From positions 32,001 through 96,000 of the forward strand of contig CANLTW010000001.1 of the NCBI GenBank assembly GCA_947494155.1: a stretch of DNA of 64,000 bases, written 5' to 3'. The DNA comes from Chlamydiota bacterium. GTDB taxonomy: Bacteria; Chlamydiota; Chlamydiia; Chlamydiales; RGXB01. Every line of letters starts with the position of its first letter. The stretch's first letter is position 1. The position numbers were made by a program, and so were the translations under genes. Positions 38,655 to 48,433 of the stretch are shown here, one piece after another. Under the pieces are notes generated by a model that was given only the letters and a program-made list of their open reading frames with translations, was not told the origin of the DNA and searched no databases.

Positions 38655-41633
38655 ATGATTTTCGACCTTTTAAAACGGATATTTGGCACACAGCAGACTC
38701 GCATGGTCCGCAAGTACTTCAAAATTGTTCAAAAGATCAATAAAGAAGAAGAGAAACTCCAACCTCTTTCCGATGAGGCGATCCGCTCTAAAACAGCCGA
38801 GTTTAGAGCCCGTTTAGAAAAGGGCGAGACGACCGATGATCTTATGGTTGAGGCTTACGCCGTTGTGAAAAACGTCTGCCGCCGTCTTGTAGGGACCGAT
38901 GTTCATGTATCAGGATACGATCAAAAATGGGATATGATCCCCTACGATGTGCAGCTTGTGGGGGCGATTGCAATGCACCATCAAACGATTTGCGAAATGC
39001 AAACAGGGGAAGGAAAAACGCTCACCGCCTCCATGCCTGCTTACTTGCATGGCCTTACGGGGAAGGGTGTGCACGTTGTAACCGTAAACGACTATCTGGC
39101 TAAAAGGGACTGTCAATGGATTGGCGTCATCTTTAGATGGCTTGGATTAGATGTTCGCGCATTGACAAACGAAACCTCTCCTATGGAAAAACAAGATACG
39201 TACAACGCCGATATCATTTATGGTACCGCTTCTGAATTCGGATTTGATTATCTCAGAGACAACTCTATGGCCCAAGATGTAGAGGAGCAGTGCCAGCGCA
39301 AACACTATTTTGCCATCATCGACGAGGTCGATTCGATCCTTATCGACGAGGCGAGGACCCCACTCATTATCTCTGGTCCAGCTGGAGAGACGCGTCAGAT
39401 GTACGATGAATTAAAAGAGGATGTCAACGACCTCGTAGCGCTGCAAAAAAGGTACTGCAACACTTTGGCCGAACAGGCTAGAACCATTTTAGACAAAATG
39501 GGTCTTTTCAAAGATTTAGAAGAGCAACCGAAGCTTACAAAAGAGCAAACGAAGCTGAAAAATGAGGCGATTCGCCTCCTTTGGAAGGTCTCTAAAGGGG
39601 TCCCCACCAATAAAATTTTATGCCAGGCAAAAGAGCTCCCTGACATCCGTGCCGACTTAGAAAATCTGGAAACCTATTTGCATGCTGAAGTCAATAAAGA
39701 GGAAAAAATCGAGCTCTTAACCGACCTTTACCTGATTATCGATGAGAGATCGAATGATTTCGAGTTGACCGATAAAGGGATTCACGCCTGGAAAGGGGGA
39801 GCCGAAGACTTCACCCTTGTTGACCTCACAGAAGTTTTTCAAAACATCGATGAGATGCCCCTCTCAGAAGAGGAAAAAATGAAGGAGCGGGTGAAAGTAC
39901 GTGAAGAGGACTCTTTGAAAAAAGAGCGCGCTCACAACTTGCGTCAGCTTTTCCGAGCCCATTTGACGATGGAAAAAGATGTGGATTATATCGTTCAGGA
40001 AAAAAAGGTCATCATTATTGATGAAAACACGGGCCGTCCGCAGCCGGGTCGCCGTTTTTCTGATGGATTGCATCAGGCAATAGAAGCAAAAGAGAATCTA
40101 CCCGTCCAAAGAGAAACACAGACCTACGCAACTATCACTTTGCAAAACTACTTCAGGATGTACGAGCGGCTTGCAGGGATGACTGGTACTGCAATGACCG
40201 AAGCGACCGAATTTAAACAGATTTATAACCTCGAAGTTTTGCAGATCCCCACCAATCGGCCTAACCAAAGAGCCGATGCCGATGACGAAATTTACATGAC
40301 CGAAAGGGAAAAATTCCAGGCGATCCTCAAGGACATTCAGGAAAAACATAAAATCGGACGCCCGGTACTTGTGGGTACGGAGACTGTTGAGGCATCAGAG
40401 AAATTTTCCAGAATTTTACAACAAGCCGGTTTGCCACATCACGTGTTAAATGCAAAACAGCCCGAAAAAGAGGCTGAAATTATTGCGATGGCGGGGCAAA
40501 AAGGGGCAATCACCGTCTCCACCAATATGGCAGGACGGGGAACCGATATCAAGCTGACCAAAGAGGTGGAATCTTTTGGTGGGCTCCATGTCGTGGGAAC
40601 GACCCGTCACCAATCACGCCGTATCGATAGACAGCTTCGTGGTAGATCGGGGCGTCAAGGAGATAAAGGGAGCTCTAAGTTTTACGTCTCTTTTGAAGAT
40701 CCTCTGATGCGTCTGTTCACCTCCCCGAAATTGAGTCAGTTTCTGGTTCGCTTCCGTCCTCCTGAAGGGGAAGCTATTACCGGAGGGTTGATCAATCGCT
40801 CGATCGAAACAGCTCAAAAAAGGGTCGAACAGAGAAACTATGCGATCCGCAAACACACTCTCGAGTATGACGACGTGATGAATTTGCAACGTCAAGAGGT
40901 GTATGCTTTCCGGAACGACATCTTGAAAAATCCTAACCCTTTTTCTATCGGGAAAAAAGTTCTTGAGGGAGTTTGCTCCATTTTGGTCGAAAAAGAGTTT
41001 AAAGAGACTCCACGAATCGATGCAGACAAGATGCGAAAATTTCAAGAGACCGTTTTTGCTCATATGCCGATTCGTTTTACCGAGGAAGAAATCGAAGCAC
41101 GATACGAATCCATTCAAGAACTTGAGGCCCTTTTTGTCAAAAAAGCGGTCGATATGTACGTAAAAAAACTTGACCATGAAGCAAAAATGATTGCCATGAT
41201 TCAAACAGCAGCCGGTAAACAAGTGGAGCCCCGCTCGGTTTTACAGGGTGTTTTGCGAAATGTTTTTATACGCAACATCGATCATCTATGGCAACAACAT
41301 CTTCTTTCAATCGATCATTTGCGTACCGAGGTTGGTCTATTGACTATTGCGCAAAAAGACCCTCTCTTAGAGTTCAAGCATGAAGCCTTCCGCCTCTTCC
41401 TGCTTTTCCGCGAAGACCTTTATCAGGAAATTACTCATGCTATTTTTTCCATGCAAATGATGTTGCCGAATTCGGAAAAACTCTTGCAAAGTTTGAAGAC
41501 CATCTCCATTCGAGAAATGCCCGGTTTTATTTCGAGCCAAAATTTGGAAACTATTGATGTTTTGATGGAACCGCATGCCTTTAAGCAACCCTCTCACCCG
41601 AAAATCGTAGAGCTTGAAACGGCACATCCCTGA
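38655..41633 (+). CDS. secA: Preprotein translocase ATPase SecA
   Basis: MQTGEGKT, VTVNDYLA, DEVDSILIDEARTPLIISG, TNMAGRGTDI, RRIDRQLRGRSGRQGD. Confidence 0.99.
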   Translation: MIFDLLKRIFGTQQTRMVRKYFKIVQKINKEEEKLQPLSDEAIRSKTAEFRARLEKGETTDDLMVEAYAVVKNVCRRLVGTDVHVSGYDQKWDMIPYDVQLVGAIAMHHQTICEMQTGEGKTLTASMPAYLHGLTGKGVHVVTVNDYLAKRDCQWIGVIFRWLGLDVRALTNETSPMEKQDTYNADIIYGTASEFGFDYLRDNSMAQDVEEQCQRKHYFAIIDEVDSILIDEARTPLIISGPAGETRQMYDELKEDVNDLVALQKRYCNTLAEQARTILDKMGLFKDLEEQPKLTKEQTKLKNEAIRLLWKVSKGVPTNKILCQAKELPDIRADLENLETYLHAEVNKEEKIELLTDLYLIIDERSNDFELTDKGIHAWKGGAEDFTLVDLTEVFQNIDEMPLSEEEKMKERVKVREEDSLKKERAHNLRQLFRAHLTMEKDVDYIVQEKKVIIIDENTGRPQPGRRFSDGLHQAIEAKENLPVQRETQTYATITLQNYFRMYERLAGMTGTAMTEATEFKQIYNLEVLQIPTNRPNQRADADDEIYMTEREKFQAILKDIQEKHKIGRPVLVGTETVEASEKFSRILQQAGLPHHVLNAKQPEKEAEIIAMAGQKGAITVSTNMAGRGTDIKLTKEVESFGGLHVVGTTRHQSRRIDRQLRGRSGRQGDKGSSKFYVSFEDPLMRLFTSPKLSQFLVRFRPPEGEAITGGLINRSIETAQKRVEQRNYAIRKHTLEYDDVMNLQRQEVYAFRNDILKNPNPFSIGKKVLEGVCSILVEKEFKETPRIDADKMRKFQETVFAHMPIRFTEEEIEARYESIQELEALFVKKAVDMYVKKLDHEAKMIAMIQTAAGKQVEPRSVLQGVLRNVFIRNIDHLWQQHLLSIDHLRTEVGLLTIAQKDPLLEFKHEAFRLFLLFREDLYQEITHAIFSMQMMLPNSEKLLQSLKTISIREMPGFISSQNLETIDVLMEPHAFKQPSHPKIVELETAHP

Positions 41634-41645
41634 ACAAATTTCCCC

Positions 41646-41685
41646 AATAGATCTCTTTTTATCCTTTTTTAAAAAGAGATCTATT
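41646..41685. repeat. Perfect 16-bp inverted repeat (8-nt loop) just after secA
   Basis: AATAGATCTCTTTTTA-tccttttt-TAAAAAGAGATCTATT. Confidence 0.8.
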
Positions 41686-41697
41686 CAATCAGATGCC

Positions 41698-42384
41698 TTG
41701 ATCTCTAAGTATTCTTGCCTGTTCTTCCTTTTTTTACCCTATGCATCGGCTGCAGGATCCAGAATACCGACAGAAATCAATGAGCGAAACATTTTCTGCA
41801 AATCACCCGAAATTTTTGTAGTGGAGAATTTTGCTGACGATACCCTTTGTGAACATCTTGTGCGTGTAGCACTACCTCATCTGAAGCATTCTACAGTTGT
41901 GGATTTGACGGGAAAATCGCACGGAGTGATCGATTCCGGCCGCACAAGTAGCGGTATGTATTTTCCCCCGATGCTGCAGGATAAACACATCGATCATCTT
42001 GAAAAAAAAATTGCTCAGCTCACCTCCCTTCCACAAAAAAATGGGGAATGGATCCAGGTATTGCGTTATAAACCTTCACAGGAGTACCGCCCCCATTACG
42101 ATTTCTTCGATCCGCAAACACTTGGGGGATTAGAGACGCTCAAGCGGGGGGGACAACGCGTAGTGACATGTATTTTGTATCTGAAGGAACCTCTTGTTGG
42201 TGGAGAGACTGTTTTTCCCCTTCTTGGGGTCTCTATTCCCCCAAAAAAAGGATCTTTACTTGTTTTCTACAATTGCGATGAAAAAGGTCAAGTGTTCTAC
42301 GAAACACTTCACGGGGGCGCGCCTGTTATAGAGGGGGAAAAATGGATTGCCACCAAGTGGATACGGCAAAAAACTTTTCACTAA
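41698..42384 (+). CDS. 2OG-Fe(II) prolyl 4-hydroxylase with probable signal peptide
   Basis: 'RTSSG', 'GEWIQVLRY', HxD 'YRPHYDFF', 'GGQRVVT.ILYL', 'GGETVFP', 'LHGGAPV', 'EKWIATKW'; in-frame TTG 41698 gives 'MISKYSCLFFLFLPYASAA'. Confidence 0.88.
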   Translation: MISKYSCLFFLFLPYASAAGSRIPTEINERNIFCKSPEIFVVENFADDTLCEHLVRVALPHLKHSTVVDLTGKSHGVIDSGRTSSGMYFPPMLQDKHIDHLEKKIAQLTSLPQKNGEWIQVLRYKPSQEYRPHYDFFDPQTLGGLETLKRGGQRVVTCILYLKEPLVGGETVFPLLGVSIPPKKGSLLVFYNCDEKGQVFYETLHGGAPVIEGEKWIATKWIRQKTFH

Positions 42385-42457
42385 CACTTTAAAGATATTG
42401 AAAAGACAAGCGGGCTCTGGTATACACTTAAACATATTTAAAGAGTTTGTTTGACTT

Positions 42458-44497
42458 ATGGCGTCCAACAGTTTGTCCTCCCGATTTATCGGATTTTTGC
42501 CGTTTCTTTTTCTCTTTACCTATTGTTTTGCAGATCCGCAGCAGGTTGTGATAGTCAGTTACGCAGAATCGGATGCAAACGGCTACCTTACAACTGCAGG
42601 CACCTGTAGCGGTATAGCTCGTGCAAATTATTTTCCCGGGTACCTTTCTGGCACAACCCCATTAAATCTTTATGGACCACCCATAGCACTTTATGGTGCA
42701 CGCCAAACCGCAGACAACCCTGGGCCAAACGTGATTCAATCTCTCATCCCCACCTCAAGATCCTTTAAAGTGCCTCTTCATCTAGGATACGATAGTGGAT
42801 CTCCGGCAGATTTGGCAGATGAGATTTTATCAAACACACTCTACAGCGGAAAAACAGTATTTATCGTATGGGACTATGATGCTATTCCTAGTTTGATCAA
42901 TGCCTTTGGCTACAGCTCCCCAGCCGCCCCAAATCCAGTAGCCTATAACAGAACCTACATTTTACAATTTCCCATTAACTCTCCTTTTCCACTCACTCTA
43001 TGCCAAAGTTTAAACACTTGCGATAGCGGATGTACCCCCCCGCCACCTCCACCTCCATCGCCTCCTCCAGCCCCCCCATCGCCACCTGCACCCACACCTT
43101 TACCTAATCCCCCTCCTCCTATAACCGATTATCTACCCATTACTTTTGTAGATCCCAATTCCGCTAGTTTTGATACTTGGGCGGTAATTACAGGTAAAGT
43201 TCCTGTCGCGTCAGGTCTAACTCCTACACAAGCCTGTTTTGTAAAGATAGACACTAACACTGGCATAGGGACAAGAAGCAACACGACAGCATCAAGCAAT
43301 TCCTCTGAATATGCTTTCAAAATAAAGGACCTTCCCACACTAAACGGAAACCGGTATCTCTACTTACCCTATCTTGACTCCGGAGAAATCTATTTTTCGA
43401 TTGGCGCCCTTGGTGATGATGACCCAAAATGGGCTGTTAAGCTGGATGTCGAATCAACTGGTGGATATGATTTTAAAAAAATTGAACCACTAGATGTAAA
43501 TAAACAATACTATAACCTTCTATTTGATAAGGCTCTTTGTGCTTTTTTACCCACAGGGCAAAACAGCCAATTCTATGTGAGTGCGGTAGATTTTTTTGGT
43601 CTGCCTATGTATGTGGAGCTCTTTCTTGCAAAACCTACATCGAGTAGCGCCAGTCAAAACTGCGGGTTTTGGCAAAGCAGATCCTCTTGTTTTACCGCTT
43701 TTGAAAGAATTTTAAAATCTGCATATGATCAAACAACCCTAGACAAATGGGGTAATTTGTTTATTAATGCTTCTTCTGGAGGTACGACAGTCAACTTAAG
43801 ACTTTCTTCCACACAACTAGCCATGACTTATTCCTCATCAACTCCCATTTTTCCTAAAACTTACTTATCTGATTCTACTCTTTTCATAGAACCTTTTGAT
43901 TGGACCGATAAAGTGTGGAAAACATTTTACCAATCTAATGGTTCGAATAAACTTTTTATCGACTGCTCAGGTGTCTCACCCCCTTATAATATCCCCATGT
44001 CTGGCTCAACAGCCACTACCCCCCCTTACAGTTTTGATTTCCAATACACCTCTGGTACAGTCACTTTATCCTCTTCACTTAAACTTCCCACTGACTCCTA
44101 TGGATTTTTTTCGGGTGATTACAGTGCGTTTGATGCAATTACAGATGTCCAAAAAGAATTGGTAGATAACCTCACTGCAGCGTTTAGTAGCGGACTTCTT
44201 CCGGTTGATGGTGCAAGTCAGACGCTCAATAGCGCTTTTTTTCAGGCAAACCAAGCCAGTTTCTACACAAATACTTTTATACAGACGGCATTCCCCTCTC
44301 AGTCGGGACCCTTCTATGACCTTTACGCAAAAGCAATCCATCAGGCTTTTTCTACCAATCAACCCCAAATTTATGCGTTCAAAAACGATGACCTTTTAGG
44401 ATTTGTCGGCAAAACCACATTTGACACGATAGAAGACGCTTATATTACCCTTACATTTGGTAGTCTCGAAGGACAAACTTTAGTCTACCCTCCGTAA
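42458..44497 (+). CDS. Exported multidomain protein: degenerate histidine-phosphatase-like domain + Pro-rich linker + GH64/thaumatin-like beta-1,3-glucanase-like domain
   Basis: Signal peptide ending CFA; 'PQQVVIVSYAE', 'YSGKTVFIVWDY..IPSL..AFG'; Pro-rich 43037-43120; 'SGEIYFSIG', 'LLFDK', 'SAVDFFGLP', 'YDLYAKAIH', 'IYAFKNDD'. Confidence 0.65.
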   Translation: MASNSLSSRFIGFLPFLFLFTYCFADPQQVVIVSYAESDANGYLTTAGTCSGIARANYFPGYLSGTTPLNLYGPPIALYGARQTADNPGPNVIQSLIPTSRSFKVPLHLGYDSGSPADLADEILSNTLYSGKTVFIVWDYDAIPSLINAFGYSSPAAPNPVAYNRTYILQFPINSPFPLTLCQSLNTCDSGCTPPPPPPPSPPPAPPSPPAPTPLPNPPPPITDYLPITFVDPNSASFDTWAVITGKVPVASGLTPTQACFVKIDTNTGIGTRSNTTASSNSSEYAFKIKDLPTLNGNRYLYLPYLDSGEIYFSIGALGDDDPKWAVKLDVESTGGYDFKKIEPLDVNKQYYNLLFDKALCAFLPTGQNSQFYVSAVDFFGLPMYVELFLAKPTSSSASQNCGFWQSRSSCFTAFERILKSAYDQTTLDKWGNLFINASSGGTTVNLRLSSTQLAMTYSSSTPIFPKTYLSDSTLFIEPFDWTDKVWKTFYQSNGSNKLFIDCSGVSPPYNIPMSGSTATTPPYSFDFQYTSGTVTLSSSLKLPTDSYGFFSGDYSAFDAITDVQKELVDNLTAAFSSGLLPVDGASQTLNSAFFQANQASFYTNTFIQTAFPSQSGPFYDLYAKAIHQAFSTNQPQIYAFKNDDLLGFVGKTTFDTIEDAYITLTFGSLEGQTLVYPP

Positions 44498-44673
44498 AAT
44501 AGCAAAAACTAACTAAAGGTGATTTGAAAAAAGACTACAATAAATCTATAAAAGGGAAAATAACCCCCCTATTTTTTTGAAGATGTTCGGTAATCTCTGG
44601 AATAAAAAAATAAAACAGGCCATATGAAGGTAGAAGTAGCAAAAAAACTTTTTGTTCGAGGTCAAGATCACCC

Positions 44674-45612
44674 ATGAAAAAAAATCCGGTCCCAGGGATT
44701 TACCTTTTTATTTTTTCTTTTTTTCCCATTTTATGTGCCGAAAATAGTCTTACAAATATTGAACTTGAGGGAGAATTTCTCTACTGGACAGCATACCAAA
44801 ACGATTTTGGTTGTGCCACCCACTCTACACCGGTTTTTACCACAACGGATTTTCTTTTAAATCGGATTGACAAACCCACCTATTCCTGGCGGCCAGGCTA
44901 TAGATTAAGCGGATATTATGATGTTTTTTTTGGGGAAGTGGGGGCAAGATTTACCTCCTACCAAGGGGCGTTGAACGAGAGGTATGGAACCTCAGCTTTA
45001 GAGGGGTTTTACCCCCTTTTCACACTATGGAACGATAAATTACCAAGCGATTACACACGCTTTTCCTCCATAAAAGGGGCAATCGATCTTTGGAGTATCG
45101 ATGCATATGCCCTATTCAATCTTTTAAGTGAGGATATCCTTATATATCCGAAAATTGGAGTAAGAAATTTGTGGCTTAACCAAAGCTACGATGTTACGTA
45201 TGACGGGGGGACTTTTGCAGCAGGCACCGATATCCTCTTTCGCTCATCCAAGTTTTATGGTGTAGGACCTCAAGCGGGATTAACCGGTTTCTTGCAGCTT
45301 TTCGGAAATTTCTTTTTGACAGGGGAAGCTTTGGGAACATGGTATGCCGGTACCTTCAAAGATTTTCAATCCGAAACTTTTTTAGATCGAACGCTTACTG
45401 ATCAAAAACTTACCCAAACCTACAGCCGGTTTAGCCTAGACTTGCAAGGGGGCCTTGAATGGGCGGGGAGTTTTTTTGATGACCGTTTTTTAGTGGGTAT
45501 AACGGTAGGGGGGGACTGGATTTACTTCAATAAAGGGTCGAACAAACTCCCTTTCAACGGCTCAGCAACCTTTTTCACAGGGGCCCACGCCGGCATCAAA
45601 ATCGCGTTTTAA
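44674..45612 (+). CDS. Fourth MOMP-like (Lpg1974-type) outer-membrane beta-barrel
   Basis: Signal peptide, 'EGEFLYWT', 'WRPGYRL', 'PKIGVR', 'FYGVGPQAG', C-terminus 'GAHAGIKIAF'. Confidence 0.8.
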   Translation: MKKNPVPGIYLFIFSFFPILCAENSLTNIELEGEFLYWTAYQNDFGCATHSTPVFTTTDFLLNRIDKPTYSWRPGYRLSGYYDVFFGEVGARFTSYQGALNERYGTSALEGFYPLFTLWNDKLPSDYTRFSSIKGAIDLWSIDAYALFNLLSEDILIYPKIGVRNLWLNQSYDVTYDGGTFAAGTDILFRSSKFYGVGPQAGLTGFLQLFGNFFLTGEALGTWYAGTFKDFQSETFLDRTLTDQKLTQTYSRFSLDLQGGLEWAGSFFDDRFLVGITVGGDWIYFNKGSNKLPFNGSATFFTGAHAGIKIAF

Positions 45613-45620
45613 AACCCTTT

Positions 45621-45974
45621 TTATTCTCCCTTACACAGTCCGTAGACCAAAAGAATCATAGCGGCTATAAAAATCCAGGGCATCCAATAGGTTTCTATGG
45701 TGATATCCACCCCTTTGGATCCGCCAATACCCCACAAAAAGAGTGCCAAAGGAGCGAGTACTCCCCCAACAACAATAGAGTAAAATGAGCGAACCCCCCC
45801 ATTATCGGGCACCAAAGCAACGATAGGCTCCTCAGATTTTACCTGATATATCGGGGTAAATATCTCTTTATTTTCGACTTTATCCATCTGTGTACCACAG
45901 TAAGGGCAATCTTCAGAATAAAAGTCGATGAATCCTTCACAAAAAGGGCAAAGTTTTGCGTATTGATTGGACAT
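45621..45974 (-). CDS. Small membrane protein with N-terminal zinc ribbon (positionally like chlamydial CT556)
   Basis: CPFC-x10-CPYC followed by two TM helices; divergent from lpdA. Confidence 0.7.
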   Translation of the reverse strand: MSNQYAKLCPFCEGFIDFYSEDCPYCGTQMDKVENKEIFTPIYQVKSEEPIVALVPDNGGVRSFYSIVVGGVLAPLALFLWGIGGSKGVDITIETYWMPWIFIAAMILLVYGLCKGE

Positions 45975-46121
45975 AGACTCTTTTCCCCGTTTCGAATGGA
46001 GGTTTTTTTGCCCCATAACAGTTGTCTTAAATTTCTTTCAACTTTTGGTTTTAAGGTTTCCATGAAACCTTTTGATTTAGGATGACAAATTCCCCTATAC
46101 TAAAAAAATAGTCGAACCTGA

Positions 46122-47531
46122 ATGGATGAAAAACTCATGCGCACTTTTGATGTGGTAGTGATTGGAGCCGGTCCCGGCGGTTATGTTGCAGCAATCTATG
46201 CCGCACATCATGGATGCAAAACGGCTCTCATCTCAAAACAAAAAGATTTGGGTGGAACCTGTTTGAATCGGGGTTGCATTCCAAGCAAAGCTCTGATCAC
46301 AAGCGCCGAAGTGCATAGAACAATCACCCAAGAGGCTCAAAAGCATGGGATTGAAGTTGCCGGCCCCGTCAAGGTGCACTACGATAAGATGAGCGCACGT
46401 AAAGATCAGGTAATCCAAACAATGCAATCGGGTTTAAGAACCACCATAGTAAGCCACGAGGTGGAGCTGATTGATGGGTTAGCCTCTTTTGAATCTCAAA
46501 CTCGCATCCGGGTACAAAGCGACTCAGGCACCGAAATGATTGATACTCAATTTATCATTATAGCGACAGGCTCTGAGGTATCCCCCTTTCCAGCTATCCC
46601 TTTTGACGATACGCACATCCTTAGCTCAACCTCAATATTAGAGCTCAAAGAGCTTCCGAAAACTTTAGCTGTGATTGGCGGCGGTTATATCGGATGCGAA
46701 ATTGCCTGTATGATGCGTGGTTTGGGGGTCGAGGTGACCATCATCGAAGCACTCGATAAAATTATCAAACCGGTCGGAGATTCCCCCTCAGCACAGCTCA
46801 CTGAGAGCTTGAAATCCATGGGAATACGTTTAGAGCTCGAAAAAAGGGTAACCGGTTATTCGATTCAGAGCGGACAGGTGGAGCTTAACTTAGACAATAG
46901 CCAAAAAATTCAGGCTGAAAAAGTCCTTGTGGCGATCGGAAGAAGACCCTTTACCGAGGGGCTTAAGCTCGAAAAAGCGGGAGTCTTTACAAATCCAAGA
47001 GGCTTCATCCAAGTCAATGAACAGATGCGTACCAATATCCCAAACATTTTTGCGATAGGGGATGTAAATGGTGTTTTCATGCTAGCCCACGCCGCCTCCT
47101 ACCAAGGAAAAGTCGCTGTTGACGCTATCTTTAACAAAAATCGGCATTTTGACCCCAAACTTGTACCGCAAGTAATTTTTACCAAACCCGAGATCGCTGT
47201 TGTTGGAACTCTTGAGGGGGCAAAACAGATTTTCCCTTACGGAGCAAATGGCAAAGCGGTTGCAAGCGCTAAAACTTTAGGAACTATCACCGTTTACTAT
47301 GATGAAAAAACGAAAGTCGTCCATGGTGTGGAAATAGTCGGAGAGCAAGCCACAACCATGATTGCCATTGCGACTATATATCTGACACAAGAACTTACAA
47401 TTGATACTTTTGACACCACTATTTTTGCCCACCCCACCTACGCAGAGGCGATGGTTGAACCATTTGAGATGGTTCTAGATAAACAGATCCATTTTCCAAA
47501 AAAGAAAAAACAAAAGGCTGCTTTAGTTTGA
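46122..47531 (+). CDS. lpdA: Dihydrolipoamide dehydrogenase
   Basis: GAGPGGY, GGTCLNRGCIPSKAL, GGGYIG, AIGDV, HPTYAE. Confidence 0.97.
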   Translation: MDEKLMRTFDVVVIGAGPGGYVAAIYAAHHGCKTALISKQKDLGGTCLNRGCIPSKALITSAEVHRTITQEAQKHGIEVAGPVKVHYDKMSARKDQVIQTMQSGLRTTIVSHEVELIDGLASFESQTRIRVQSDSGTEMIDTQFIIIATGSEVSPFPAIPFDDTHILSSTSILELKELPKTLAVIGGGYIGCEIACMMRGLGVEVTIIEALDKIIKPVGDSPSAQLTESLKSMGIRLELEKRVTGYSIQSGQVELNLDNSQKIQAEKVLVAIGRRPFTEGLKLEKAGVFTNPRGFIQVNEQMRTNIPNIFAIGDVNGVFMLAHAASYQGKVAVDAIFNKNRHFDPKLVPQVIFTKPEIAVVGTLEGAKQIFPYGANGKAVASAKTLGTITVYYDEKTKVVHGVEIVGEQATTMIAIATIYLTQELTIDTFDTTIFAHPTYAEAMVEPFEMVLDKQIHFPKKKKQKAALV

Positions 47532-48433
47532 TGGAGAAGGATTTTTTTGATGCCGAGCCGCGACTTGAGAGACTCATCCCCTCCACCTACCGTTTAAGAG
47601 TAAAGCCCTCAGACTCGCGGTTTGAAACCGATCAGATTTTAAAAAAATATGGACTTAACACAGTTTGTGAAGAGGCCAAATGTCCAAATCGGCATGAATG
47701 TTATACAAAAAAAACGGCCACCTTTCTTGCTTTAGGAAAAGAGTGCACACGCAATTGCAGTTTCTGTGCGATTGATTTTTCCAAAACACCGAAAGAGCTT
47801 GATCCTTTAGAGCCAAATAAAATAGCCTCATCGGTCAAAGAGCTTGGGCTAAACCATGTCGTTATCACTCAAGTCGCACGGGACGATTTAAAGGATGGGG
47901 GGAGTAGGCAGATGAAAAAAATTGTCGAAGAGGTGCGCCTCTTGAATCCCCAAACCACCATTGAGCTCCTGACCTCTGATTTTCAAGGGGAGGATTTTGC
48001 TCTGGAGGTGATTTTTTCCGCTCTACCCGACGTATTCAATTATAACATAGAAACCTGTAGACGCCTCACCCCAAAAGTGCGTCACAAGGCGACTTATGAC
48101 AGAACTCTTTCGATTTTAAAAAAAGCCCACGATGCGGGCTTAGTCACAAAATCGGGTTTTATGGTAGGTTTGGGTGAAACCATGGAGGAGATTTTTGAGA
48201 CCTTAAAGGATCTTAAGTCTTGCCACACCTCAATGGTAACAGTAGGCCAGTATCTGCAGTCTGACGTAAACAAGTGGAGGGTGAAACGCTTTTATTCTGT
48301 AGAGGAGTTTTCCACCATTCGTCAAATGGGGTTAGAGCTGGGATTAAAAGAGGTTTATAGCGGCCCGTTTGTCCGGTCTAGCTATAACGCAAAAGAGTTT
48401 TTAGAACATGCAAAACAAACTGCCTTTCACTGA
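47531..48433 (+). CDS. lipA: Lipoyl synthase
   Basis: CEEAKCPNRHEC, radical-SAM CTRNCSFC, GQYLQ, VRSSY. Confidence 0.97.
   Translation: MEKDFFDAEPRLERLIPSTYRLRVKPSDSRFETDQILKKYGLNTVCEEAKCPNRHECYTKKTATFLALGKECTRNCSFCAIDFSKTPKELDPLEPNKIASSVKELGLNHVVITQVARDDLKDGGSRQMKKIVEEVRLLNPQTTIELLTSDFQGEDFALEVIFSALPDVFNYNIETCRRLTPKVRHKATYDRTLSILKKAHDAGLVTKSGFMVGLGETMEEIFETLKDLKSCHTSMVTVGQYLQSDVNKWRVKRFYSVEEFSTIRQMGLELGLKEVYSGPFVRSSYNAKEFLEHAKQTAFH

Noticed and set aside
40614..41222. 202-aa minus-strand ORF and the many other short antisense ORFs in the track
   Set aside because: They lie opposite well-supported genes (here secA) and show no recognisable motifs
41614..41697. N-terminal extension of the P4H ORF overlapping secA
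   Set aside because: Runs through the inverted repeat; the TTG at 41698 gives a cleaner signal-peptide start
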